Virus record (IMG/VR): IMGVR_UViG_3300044974_000384
Location: 1-25,881 of that record
DNA: 25,881 nucleotides
From: a virus
Lineage: Duplodnaviria > Caudoviricetes
Strand: one strand, 5' to 3'
Both the position numbers and the translations under genes were made by a program. The notes beneath the pieces are model-generated. The model saw nothing but the letters and a program-made list of their open reading frames with translations. It did not search any database and was not told the DNA's origin. Of the stretch, positions 1-5,648 are shown piece by piece (the first letter of the stretch is position 1; every line of letters begins with the position of its first letter).

Positions 1-72
1 TTCGCGATTTGTTTCAAATTCGTATTCGCACCTATCGCAATAACCCAATTCTTCACTTGCTTGTCTTGGCAT
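1..72 (-). CDS. Hypothetical CxxC protein, partial (runs off left edge)
   Basis: AAAGGAG RBS then ATG at 72; translates MPRQASEELGYCDRCEYEFETNRE with no stop before the window edge; absent from the ORF track. Confidence 0.65.
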   Translation of the reverse strand, partial: MPRQASEELGYCDRCEYEFETNRE

Positions 73-84
73 GTTGAGTCTCCT

Positions 85-252
85 TTATGAGATTCTGTTT
101 CGGTTGTTGTATGACTCTGCTGATTCTTCTATGTTTTCTATTTCCGAATGAACCAATAACAATATGTCGTTAATTTTTTCGGATTGATTAGACCAATGAC
201 CATTACGATAAATAATTGCCATGATGTGGCGCAATAATTGTTCTTTATTCAT
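85..252 (-). CDS. Hypothetical protein (55 aa)
   Basis: ATG at 252 (MNKEQLLRH...) after an A-rich leader; overlaps the stop of the upstream gene; its own stop lies next to the RBS of the following gene. Confidence 0.6.
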   Translation of the reverse strand: MNKEQLLRHIMAIIYRNGHWSNQSEKINDILLLVHSEIENIEESAESYNNRNRIS

Positions 253-544
253 ATTTTTTTTCTTTGTTAGGTTGGCTTGCGCCCCGCGAAGCGGGGGGCG
301 CAAGACGACCGACATTTGGTTCTACAACAGAAAGGGATTTGAATTTTCCAAATGTTTCGACTTCAATTAAACCTTCATCAGACAAAACATAACGCTTATT
401 GTCTTTGTCAACATAGTGCCACGCCAAATTTTTGGCATCACGCACATCAACATTAGTAATAGTGTTTGAAGCTTTTATTAAAGCGTCGTAGAAATTATTT
501 GCTTCTGTTTCGCATTGAACTAACAAACGAATGTTATATTTCAT
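245..544 (-). CDS. Hypothetical protein (99 aa)
   Basis: AAAGGA RBS 6 nt before ATG at 544 (MKYNIRLLVQ...). Confidence 0.7.
   Translation of the reverse strand: MKYNIRLLVQCETEANNFYDALIKASNTITNVDVRDAKNLAWHYVDKDNKRYVLSDEGLIEVETFGKFKSLSVVEPNVGRLAPPASRGASQPNKEKKYE
276..304. promoter_or_regulatory. GC-rich hairpin A
   Basis: cttgcgccccgc-gaa-gcggggggcgcaag; 12 bp stem, 2-nt bulge, 3-nt loop; 23 nt upstream of ATG 252. Confidence 0.7.
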
Positions 545-571
545 GTTTTTTCCTTTTTTGTTGAAAATGCC

Positions 572-602
572 ACACCCGAACGGTTGATTGCGACACCCGA
601 AC
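572..602. repeat. Direct repeat ACACCCGAAC x2
   Basis: Exact 10-mers at 572-581 and 593-602 (21 bp period), just upstream of the RBS of the 544 gene. Confidence 0.7.
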
Positions 603-646
603 AGATTTAAGCGGTCAGTTGTAGTGACGATTGAGTTTTGAGGCTC

Positions 647-672
647 TGGTGTTGGTGTTGGTGTTGGTGTTG
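647..672. repeat. Tandem hexamer (TGGTGT)4
   Basis: Four perfect copies plus TG. Confidence 0.85.
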
Positions 673-743
673 TCGCCGTCGCGGTAGCGAACATAGGCGA
701 CGGAATTTCAAAACGCGCGTTCCGCGTTTTGCTTCCTAGTAAT

Positions 744-789
744 GCGTTAAGAAACCGAGAGTCCTGTGGACTCTCGGTTTCGATAACGC
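744..789 (-). terminator. Long hairpin; possible terminator or processing site
   Basis: Perfect 14 bp stem gaaaccgagagtcc-tgt-ggactctcggtttc (751-781), extended by gcgtta/taacgc, just 3' of the stop at 804; U-tract weak. Confidence 0.55.
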
Positions 790-803
790 TTATGCTGAGT
801 GAA

Positions 804-1124
804 TTACTCAGACTTGCTTACCGTCAACGCTGTCAACGGCTTGAAGGCTGGTTGAGTAATAACCAAGTTACCGCCAAGCATTAACTGCTGTTTCGGTTGA
901 GTCAATTCGTACTCAATACCGTCCTTGACATAGGAAGTTACAGGTGAACCCATAGCAACCACTTCGTCAATTTCAAGAGTAACTCCAGCACGAATGTTGT
1001 GTGTAGTTACAAGTTCGTTAGGCAACCAAGCCCAAGGACGGATTCCGTCAACTGCCGTAAAAGATACAGCAGTTGATTTAGGACCAGAGTTGCTAACTCC
1101 AGCCACGATTAATGTTGTACTCAT
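804..1124 (-). CDS. Hypothetical protein (106 aa), probably beta-rich
   Basis: GAAAGGA RBS before ATG 1124 (MSTTLIVAGV...). Confidence 0.8.
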   Translation of the reverse strand: MSTTLIVAGVSNSGPKSTAVSFTAVDGIRPWAWLPNELVTTHNIRAGVTLEIDEVVAMGSPVTSYVKDGIEYELTQPKQQLMLGGNLVITQPAFKPLTALTVSKSE

Positions 1125-1167
1125 TATTGTTTCCTTTCGGTTGTGTTTATATTGTTTACTTCTGAGA

Positions 1168-1212
1168 AGCGATTTCTTTGCCCCGCGCAACGCGGGGGGC
1201 AAGAAACTCGCT
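1168..1212. promoter_or_regulatory. GC-rich hairpin B (sequence relative of hairpin A)
   Basis: agcgatttctttgccccgcg-caa-cgcggggggcaagaaactcgct; same C4/G6 asymmetric core as 276-304. Confidence 0.7.
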
Positions 1213-1525
1213 AATGGTTCTCTCCACAGACACACTCAAAGTTGCGAGCAACCCAGAGAAATGTCTCATCACATAGCACTTCTGATGGCGATATTGGAAA
1301 CACATCGCCAACTTTTGCGTCTGAATAATCTGGTTCAACAGACATATTCAGCATTGCTCTGAGTTCGTCAGGCTCATCAGCAGGATTTGAATTGATAAGC
1401 AAGTCATCAACTTGCTCAACAATGCCAGAGTCATCAAGAGAGCGTTGTCGCCGTACAGCGTCACGCTCAAACTGGTCTGGCAACTTGATGTTGATTCGCT
1501 TAATGTTCTTAAGGTCTAACTTCAT
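1211..1525 (-). CDS. Hypothetical acidic protein (104 aa)
   Basis: AGAAAGG RBS before ATG 1525 (MKLDLKNIKR...). Confidence 0.75.
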   Translation of the reverse strand: MKLDLKNIKRINIKLPDQFERDAVRRQRSLDDSGIVEQVDDLLINSNPADEPDELRAMLNMSVEPDYSDAKVGDVFPISPSEVLCDETFLWVARNFECVCGENH

Positions 1526-1545
1526 AACAACCTTTCTGATAGAGA

Positions 1546-1580
1546 GTGAACGGTGCGCGCCATCGGGGCGCACCGTTCAC
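1546..1580. promoter_or_regulatory. GC-rich hairpin C
   Basis: Perfect 13 bp arms gtgaacggtgcgc/gcgcaccgttcac in the intergenic gap, 20 nt upstream of ATG 1525. Confidence 0.7.
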
Positions 1581-1591
1581 GGGTTTGTTTT

Positions 1592-1852
1592 TTACAAAGA
1601 CTCCGTAAAGTCTTCTTGACTCTGAATGAACTCAAGGGCATTGTGTGCGCCATGCTCATCAGCGAGCGACCATAGTGCTTGAGCCGTGAAACGGTCAAGA
1701 ACACGGTAAGCCCAGTCACCGTAAGACAACTCAATCAGTTCAATCAAGTTTTGATATGGGTCTGCCGTTGTTACTTCTTGATATTCTTCAACTTCTTCAT
1801 ACGCTTGGATGTCGCCAAACATATGAATACCTAACATCGTGTCACTATCCAT
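1592..1852 (-). CDS. Hypothetical acidic protein (86 aa)
   Basis: AAGGAG RBS before ATG 1852 (MDSDTMLGIH...); very D/E-rich. Confidence 0.75.
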   Translation of the reverse strand: MDSDTMLGIHMFGDIQAYEEVEEYQEVTTADPYQNLIELIELSYGDWAYRVLDRFTAQALWSLADEHGAHNALEFIQSQEDFTESL

Positions 1853-1877
1853 TACCTTCTCCTTGTGTCTCAGGAAG

Positions 1878-1914
1878 GGGCTTATCCCCTTCGCTCCAGC
1901 GAGGGGTAAGACCC
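1878..1914. promoter_or_regulatory. GC-rich hairpin D
   Basis: gggcttatccccttcgct-cc-agcgaggggtaagaccc; bulged stem of about 16 bp, 25 nt upstream of ATG 1852. Confidence 0.65.
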
Positions 1915-1920
1915 ATCTTG

Positions 1921-2200
1921 TACACACACACACCACCTACCACCACATACCCCAGCCACGCAGGAAGGTAGACCCACAGCCAAGGTGGACGCACGGGTGG
2001 GGGGAAGTGTCAGGTGTTGTTCATGTTGTGAACAGGTGTTGGAAACAGGTTCTTACACAGGAAACTGGTCGCAGTCGCAGGACCAGAGGGGGGACACAGG
2101 GGGGGTGGGCACGGGTTCAGCAAATGGATGGCATCAGCCCGTAGCCATCTAACTCATTTTTTACAAACAGGGGGTACCCATCAACTCAAAAGGGTACCTT
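1921..2200. other. Non-coding low-complexity region with CAGG repeats and G-runs
   Basis: CA-rich tract 1921-1960; CAGG at 1961, 2011, 2033, 2046, 2058, 2078, 2097, 2168; G6-N5-G7-N1-G3-N3-G3 at 2088-2115; two GGTACC palindromes near 2173 and 2193; no credible ORF. Confidence 0.55.
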
Positions 2201-2209
2201 ATTAAAAAA

Positions 2210-2443
2210 TTACACCGTTTCGGTTTTTATTTCCTTGCGTTTAACTTGGGCAACACAATTTTTGCTGCACAAAAGAATACCTTTATATTCGCGAATGATG
2301 GCTCTTTTGGTTTTTTTGCCACATTCTGGGCATACGTGGTTCGAGTCTGGGGTCAAGCCAACATAGAGTGTTGGCTTGCCGTAGTCTTCTTTGGGTGCTA
2401 CGGGTGTGCTGGTGCTACGCTTGGCCGGTTTCTTGCCGGCCAT
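2210..2443 (-). CDS. Basic zinc-finger protein (CxxC...CSxxC)
   Basis: CPECG...LLCSKNC; Lys-rich N-terminus; TAATG coupling with the upstream gene. Confidence 0.75.
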   Translation of the reverse strand: MAGKKPAKRSTSTPVAPKEDYGKPTLYVGLTPDSNHVCPECGKKTKRAIIREYKGILLCSKNCVAQVKRKEIKTETV

Positions 2444-2679
2444 TAGCGGTAACTCCTGGTTTTTTTGGCAATCTTTTTTGGTTGGGCAACAAACTGTTTA
2501 CCAGCTTTGTTGCCCTTGGCTTTGGCTGTGTTGGTGGCACGTTTTTCTGCTGGGGTTAGCGCATTCCATGCGGCGTCAGGTAAATAACGCTTGCGTCCCC
2601 TTGATGGTTTGCCATCTGATGTTCGCCATTTCTGTCCTGTCCAACTTTTTAGCGATTGTTGCGATTTAGCTAACGCCAT
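2443..2679 (-). CDS. Basic phage protein, C-terminal half of a DUF5872-like protein
   Basis: QQSLKSWTGQKWRT...RYLPDAAW...ATNTAK...GKQFVAQP motifs recalled from this family; TAATG coupling. Confidence 0.7.
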   Translation of the reverse strand: MALAKSQQSLKSWTGQKWRTSDGKPSRGRKRYLPDAAWNALTPAEKRATNTAKAKGNKAGKQFVAQPKKIAKKTRSYR

Positions 2680-2867
2680 TAGTTTTTGTATCCGCCGCCA
2701 GCTTTTTTATATTGCGATGCAAGAAGTTGTGCCTTTCGAGCCGACCATTCACCAGGGTCGCCACCCTTTGTGCCTGCTTTAATTTTCTTGAACAAAGATT
2801 TGCGCATACCTGGCTTTGTGTAGTTGCCAGCTTGGTTTACTTTTGATTTGGTTTTTTTGGCTGCCAC
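2679..2867 (-). CDS. Basic phage protein, DUF5872-like (WSARKAQ motif)
   Basis: GTG start at 2867 overlapping the upstream TAG; NYTKP...KGGDPGEWSARKAQLL...YKKAGGGY. Confidence 0.75.
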   Translation of the reverse strand: MAAKKTKSKVNQAGNYTKPGMRKSLFKKIKAGTKGGDPGEWSARKAQLLASQYKKAGGGYKN

Positions 2868-3139
2868 TAGCAGTTCCATTTCTTGAGCGCTAAGGCTTTA
2901 CGGGTTGGCTTGCCGTTTGGTTTTTTCATTGGGCCTGGCATGCCACCCATTCGTGCGCAAAACGATTTGCGCCGCTTGGCAGCTTTCGAGCCTGGCTTTA
3001 ATTTGCTTGGCTTTGTTGTGACTGCCATTGACAACTTTGAACCAGGGTTCTGGGCACGATAAGAAGCTATACCTTTGCGGTTTAGCCCACCCTTTGGGTC
3101 CTTGCCTTCTTTGCGTTGCCATGCGGCAGTCTTGGCCAT
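2867..3139 (-). CDS. Basic phage protein, DUF6321-like
   Basis: AWQRKEGKDPKGGLN...RRKSFCARM...LKKWNC, a motif set recalled from aquatic phage proteins. Confidence 0.75.
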   Translation of the reverse strand: MAKTAAWQRKEGKDPKGGLNRKGIASYRAQNPGSKLSMAVTTKPSKLKPGSKAAKRRKSFCARMGGMPGPMKKPNGKPTRKALALKKWNC

Positions 3140-3549
3140 TATCTACCGTGTTTGTTTAGACCGCCACCTGTTAGGCGACCGTATCTTGAGCCTTGTCCTC
3201 CACCACCAGAACTTGGTCCTGTGCGTGGTGGTGCTGCCATTCCTTTTGGTTGAGTTCCCTTTGGTTGTGCACGACCACCAGCTTTGGCGTTGCGTATTTT
3301 TTCTACTTTACCTGTGCCTTCACCAGCACTTTTTTTAGGTTTGTTAAATTCGTACGTTTTTTCATATTTAGCTTTTACTTTGTCTTTATAAGCTGCCAGC
3401 TTTAGGTCACGATATCCGTCTTTTAGGTACTGGTTACGCATTCTCTCATTTCGCACATCTTCTGCACGGCTTGCTTTTAGTTCTGACGGGCTTACATAGT
3501 CTCCGCCAACTTTTGGTTTTCTGTTTGACTTAGGTTTCTTGGCAGCCAT
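3139..3549 (-). CDS. Lys/Gly-rich basic protein (136 aa)
   Basis: Stop/start overlaps at both ends; MAAKKPKS start. Confidence 0.75.
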   Translation of the reverse strand: MAAKKPKSNRKPKVGGDYVSPSELKASRAEDVRNERMRNQYLKDGYRDLKLAAYKDKVKAKYEKTYEFNKPKKSAGEGTGKVEKIRNAKAGGRAQPKGTQPKGMAAPPRTGPSSGGGGQGSRYGRLTGGGLNKHGR

Positions 3550-3692
3550 TACTTGTACTCTTTAACCATTGCCTTCGGGTTCTTAACCTTAGAGCTTTTG
3601 CCTTTAACCTTCGGTGGGTAAGTTGATGTGCTTGTTCCCGACTTCGGCGTTGCCGAAGCGTGGCTATCAAGCTGACGGTAGTTGTATGGCAT
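3549..3692 (-). CDS. Basic microprotein (47 aa), missing from the ORF track
   Basis: MPYNYRQLDSHASATPKSGTSTSTYPPKVKGKSSKVKNPKAMVKEYK; fills the gap exactly, with TAATG overlaps at 3692 and 3549. Confidence 0.8.
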   Translation of the reverse strand: MPYNYRQLDSHASATPKSGTSTSTYPPKVKGKSSKVKNPKAMVKEYK

Positions 3693-3970
3693 TACTTGCT
3701 CCTTTTTTTTGCTGCTTTAGAACCAGCACCCTTATATCTTCCTATGTAGGAAGTGTAAGGAACGTCTGGTAAAAATTTAAGTTTAATCTTGCCCGTTTTT
3801 GTAATCTGGTCTTGTTTGTAACCTTTTACTGGTTTGCGACGAGCCTTGTCCGTTTTGGCTTTAGCAATCTGCTGCCGTGTTGGATATTCCCTAACCGTGT
3901 AAGAACTAATTGGACCTGGTTTGCTAGCGTCGCCTTGACCGTTATCTAACTGTCGGTATTTTTTTGGCAT
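3692..3970 (-). CDS. Basic protein (92 aa), first gene of the leftward operon
   Basis: AAGGAG RBS before ATG 3970; MPKKYRQLD... Confidence 0.8.
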   Translation of the reverse strand: MPKKYRQLDNGQGDASKPGPISSYTVREYPTRQQIAKAKTDKARRKPVKGYKQDQITKTGKIKLKFLPDVPYTSYIGRYKGAGSKAAKKRSK

Positions 3971-4001
3971 AGTGCTCCTTAAACCTTGACTTGTGTACGC
4001 C

Positions 4002-4068
4002 TTAATCGCAACGCTTAGGGCGTTGCGATTAACAGCTAGTTGGGGAAACCGGGTTTTTCCGTTTCCCC
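4002..4068 (-). promoter_or_regulatory. Two hairpins in the leader of the leftward operon
   Basis: Perfect 13 bp stem ttaatcgcaacgc-ttagg-gcgttgcgattaa (4002-4032) and ggggaaac/gtttcccc (4042-4068). Confidence 0.65.
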
Positions 4069-4070
4069 CC

Positions 4071-4119
4071 CTATAGTCCCCCCCAAGCGTTACATGCGTA
4101 ACGAAGTGCGTACACATTG
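4071..4119. promoter_or_regulatory. Divergent pair of GTAACG promoter-like motifs
   Basis: CGTTAC-atgc-GTAACG at 4088-4103; rightward copy is 16 nt before ATG 4120; leftward copy is followed after 12 nt by TATAG. Confidence 0.6.
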
Positions 4120-4551
4120 ATGGCAAACTCCGAAGAAATGACCTTGACGGTCGCACAACAAAACTATTTGGATTGGTTGTGCACCGCTCCATCAGAGCGA
4201 GTGCCAGCCTCCAAAGCCAAGTACGCCATTGAGTACGGCGTAGATGAAACAACGCTACGGCGCTGGCAGAAAAAGGAAGTCTTCCTCAACGAGTGGAAAA
4301 AGCGTGTGGACGACATTCAGGGTTCACCAGAACGCACACAAAAGCTTCTGGACACACTTTACAACAAAGCCCTAGAGGGTGACACCAAGTCAGCCCAACT
4401 TTACCTACAGGCCACTAACCGTATGTTGCCGCCTACGGTAACGGTTCAATCTAATAAGAAAGCAACGGAGTTGTCCGACTCTGAGCTCGATGAACTTATT
4501 GGGCAGATTGCTGCCCATGAGAAGTCGCGACGTAACTTCAAGGTGGTTTAA
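4120..4551 (+). CDS. terS: Putative terminase small subunit (HTH, phBC6A51-like)
   Basis: HTH-like AIEYGVDETTLRRWQK; LLDTLYNKALEGDTKSAQLYL; C-terminal ELSDSELDELI; first gene of the late arm. Confidence 0.7.
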   Translation: MANSEEMTLTVAQQNYLDWLCTAPSERVPASKAKYAIEYGVDETTLRRWQKKEVFLNEWKKRVDDIQGSPERTQKLLDTLYNKALEGDTKSAQLYLQATNRMLPPTVTVQSNKKATELSDSELDELIGQIAAHEKSRRNFKVV

Positions 4552-4844
4552 TGACTACAACCAATGATGCAATGTATGTTGCGCTAAAAGCGCAATACCC
4601 AACGCTGTCTACGTTGGGTGACATGATGTACGCCTTTGCTCAAGATAACGGCTACAACTTTCGTGACACTCTTGGTTACGAGTTTTATGCCGCTACTGGT
4701 GCCGTTGGCACCACTCGCGGTGACTTGGCTAACTCGTATTGGAATGACCCAGATTTTTTTTTTAACAATTTAGAATTAGAAAATGGTAACGATTTGTTGT
4801 TAGAAGATGGAAGTTTCGTTTTGATGGAGGCTGGCAATGGCTGA
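4551..4844 (+). CDS. Putative virion protein with C-terminal LxLE(D/N)G repeats
   Basis: TAATG coupling with terS; internal TLGD/TRGD repeat; ends LELENGNDLLLEDGSFVLMEAGNG. Confidence 0.7.
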   Translation: MTTTNDAMYVALKAQYPTLSTLGDMMYAFAQDNGYNFRDTLGYEFYAATGAVGTTRGDLANSYWNDPDFFFNNLELENGNDLLLEDGSFVLMEAGNG

Positions 4845-5244
4845 TAAAAAGATAAGTGCTTTAACGGCGCTGGTTGGTGCCGATGTTGCTGACACCGATG
4901 TTTTTGCTGTTGTTGATGTGTCGGCTACGGAAACAAAAAAGATTACTGCCGAGGAGTTGGCTGTTGCTATTGCTGAACAGGGTTTAAATGCTGGTGGTGC
5001 TAGCCGTGTTCATATTCATGGCATCTTTTTGCCTGCTACCCATGACATTGAGTTTGAGGGTACTACGAATAATAATTTTGAAACCATTTTGACGGTTGCT
5101 GACCCAACCGAGGACCGTACTCTTACTTTGCCTAATGAGACTGGTACTTTGGCTACTCAGGCGTATGTTGATACTGCTACGGCTAGTGCAACGGTTGATT
5201 TTGCTGATGCTGATAATGTTTTATGTAACGCAGTATTTAACTAG
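4837..5244 (+). CDS. Short fibre/decoration-like protein
   Basis: GGAGG RBS; MADKKISALT N-terminus and FEG..NNFET.LTV.DPT.DRT.TLP..TGT segment, both typical of phage fibre proteins. Confidence 0.7.
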   Translation: MADKKISALTALVGADVADTDVFAVVDVSATETKKITAEELAVAIAEQGLNAGGASRVHIHGIFLPATHDIEFEGTTNNNFETILTVADPTEDRTLTLPNETGTLATQAYVDTATASATVDFADADNVLCNAVFN

Positions 5245-5267
5245 GGAACGATTTAACCACTTATTAG
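5245..5267 (+). promoter_or_regulatory. Variant promoter-like motif GGAACG-N11-TATTAG
   Basis: Intergenic; shares AACGATTTA with the copy at 11734. Confidence 0.45.
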
Positions 5268-5276
5268 GAGATAACA

Positions 5277-5639
5277 ATGGCAACATTCACAAAAATTCCA
5301 CTTAGCGGTTCAACTGATGGTCGTGGCATCCACATCAACGATGACGCAACCGCAGGTAAAACCGTTCACACAGGTTCGGCTACAGCGACAACGATTGATG
5401 AGATTTGGTTGTATGCAACGAACTATGATACAACTGCCCGCAAATTGACGATTGAGTGGGGTGGCGCAACTGCTGGTGGAGACATCATTGAGTTTACCGT
5501 TCCTGCTGAGTCAGGTTTGTATCTGATAGTTCCAGGTCTTATTATTAAGGGTAACGCTACTCCGTTGGTTGTTGCTGCGTTTGCTGCTACGACTAGCGCT
5601 ATTAACATTTTTGGTTACGTAAATCGAATTACTGCGTAG
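5277..5639 (+). CDS. Putative beta-sandwich virion/fibre adaptor protein (120 aa)
   Basis: AGGAG RBS; MATFTKIPLSGSTDGRGI...DEIWLYA...INIFGYVNRI. Confidence 0.75.
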   Translation: MATFTKIPLSGSTDGRGIHINDDATAGKTVHTGSATATTIDEIWLYATNYDTTARKLTIEWGGATAGGDIIEFTVPAESGLYLIVPGLIIKGNATPLVVAAFAATTSAINIFGYVNRITA

Positions 5640-5648
5640 GGTTTAGCG

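Noticed and set aside
545-694. N-terminal extension MFATATATTPTPTP of the 245..694 ORF
   Set aside because: No RBS at 694, while ATG 544 has AAAGGA; the extension translates hairpins and a hexamer repeat. Not fully excluded.
276-1914. Hairpin repeats as a CRISPR array or integron attC sites
   Set aside because: Copies are too divergent and separated by whole genes; no cas or integrase gene in the window; no consistent RYYYAAC/GTTRRRY ends
994-2144. Plus-strand ORFs 994..1362, 1392..1619, 1756..1971, 1839..2144
   Set aside because: They are antisense to RBS-supported minus-strand genes or cross low-complexity DNA, with no protein-like features
3971-4252. 186 aa version of ORF 3692..4252
   Set aside because: It overlaps terS antisense and the control region; the AAGGAG RBS supports a start at 3970
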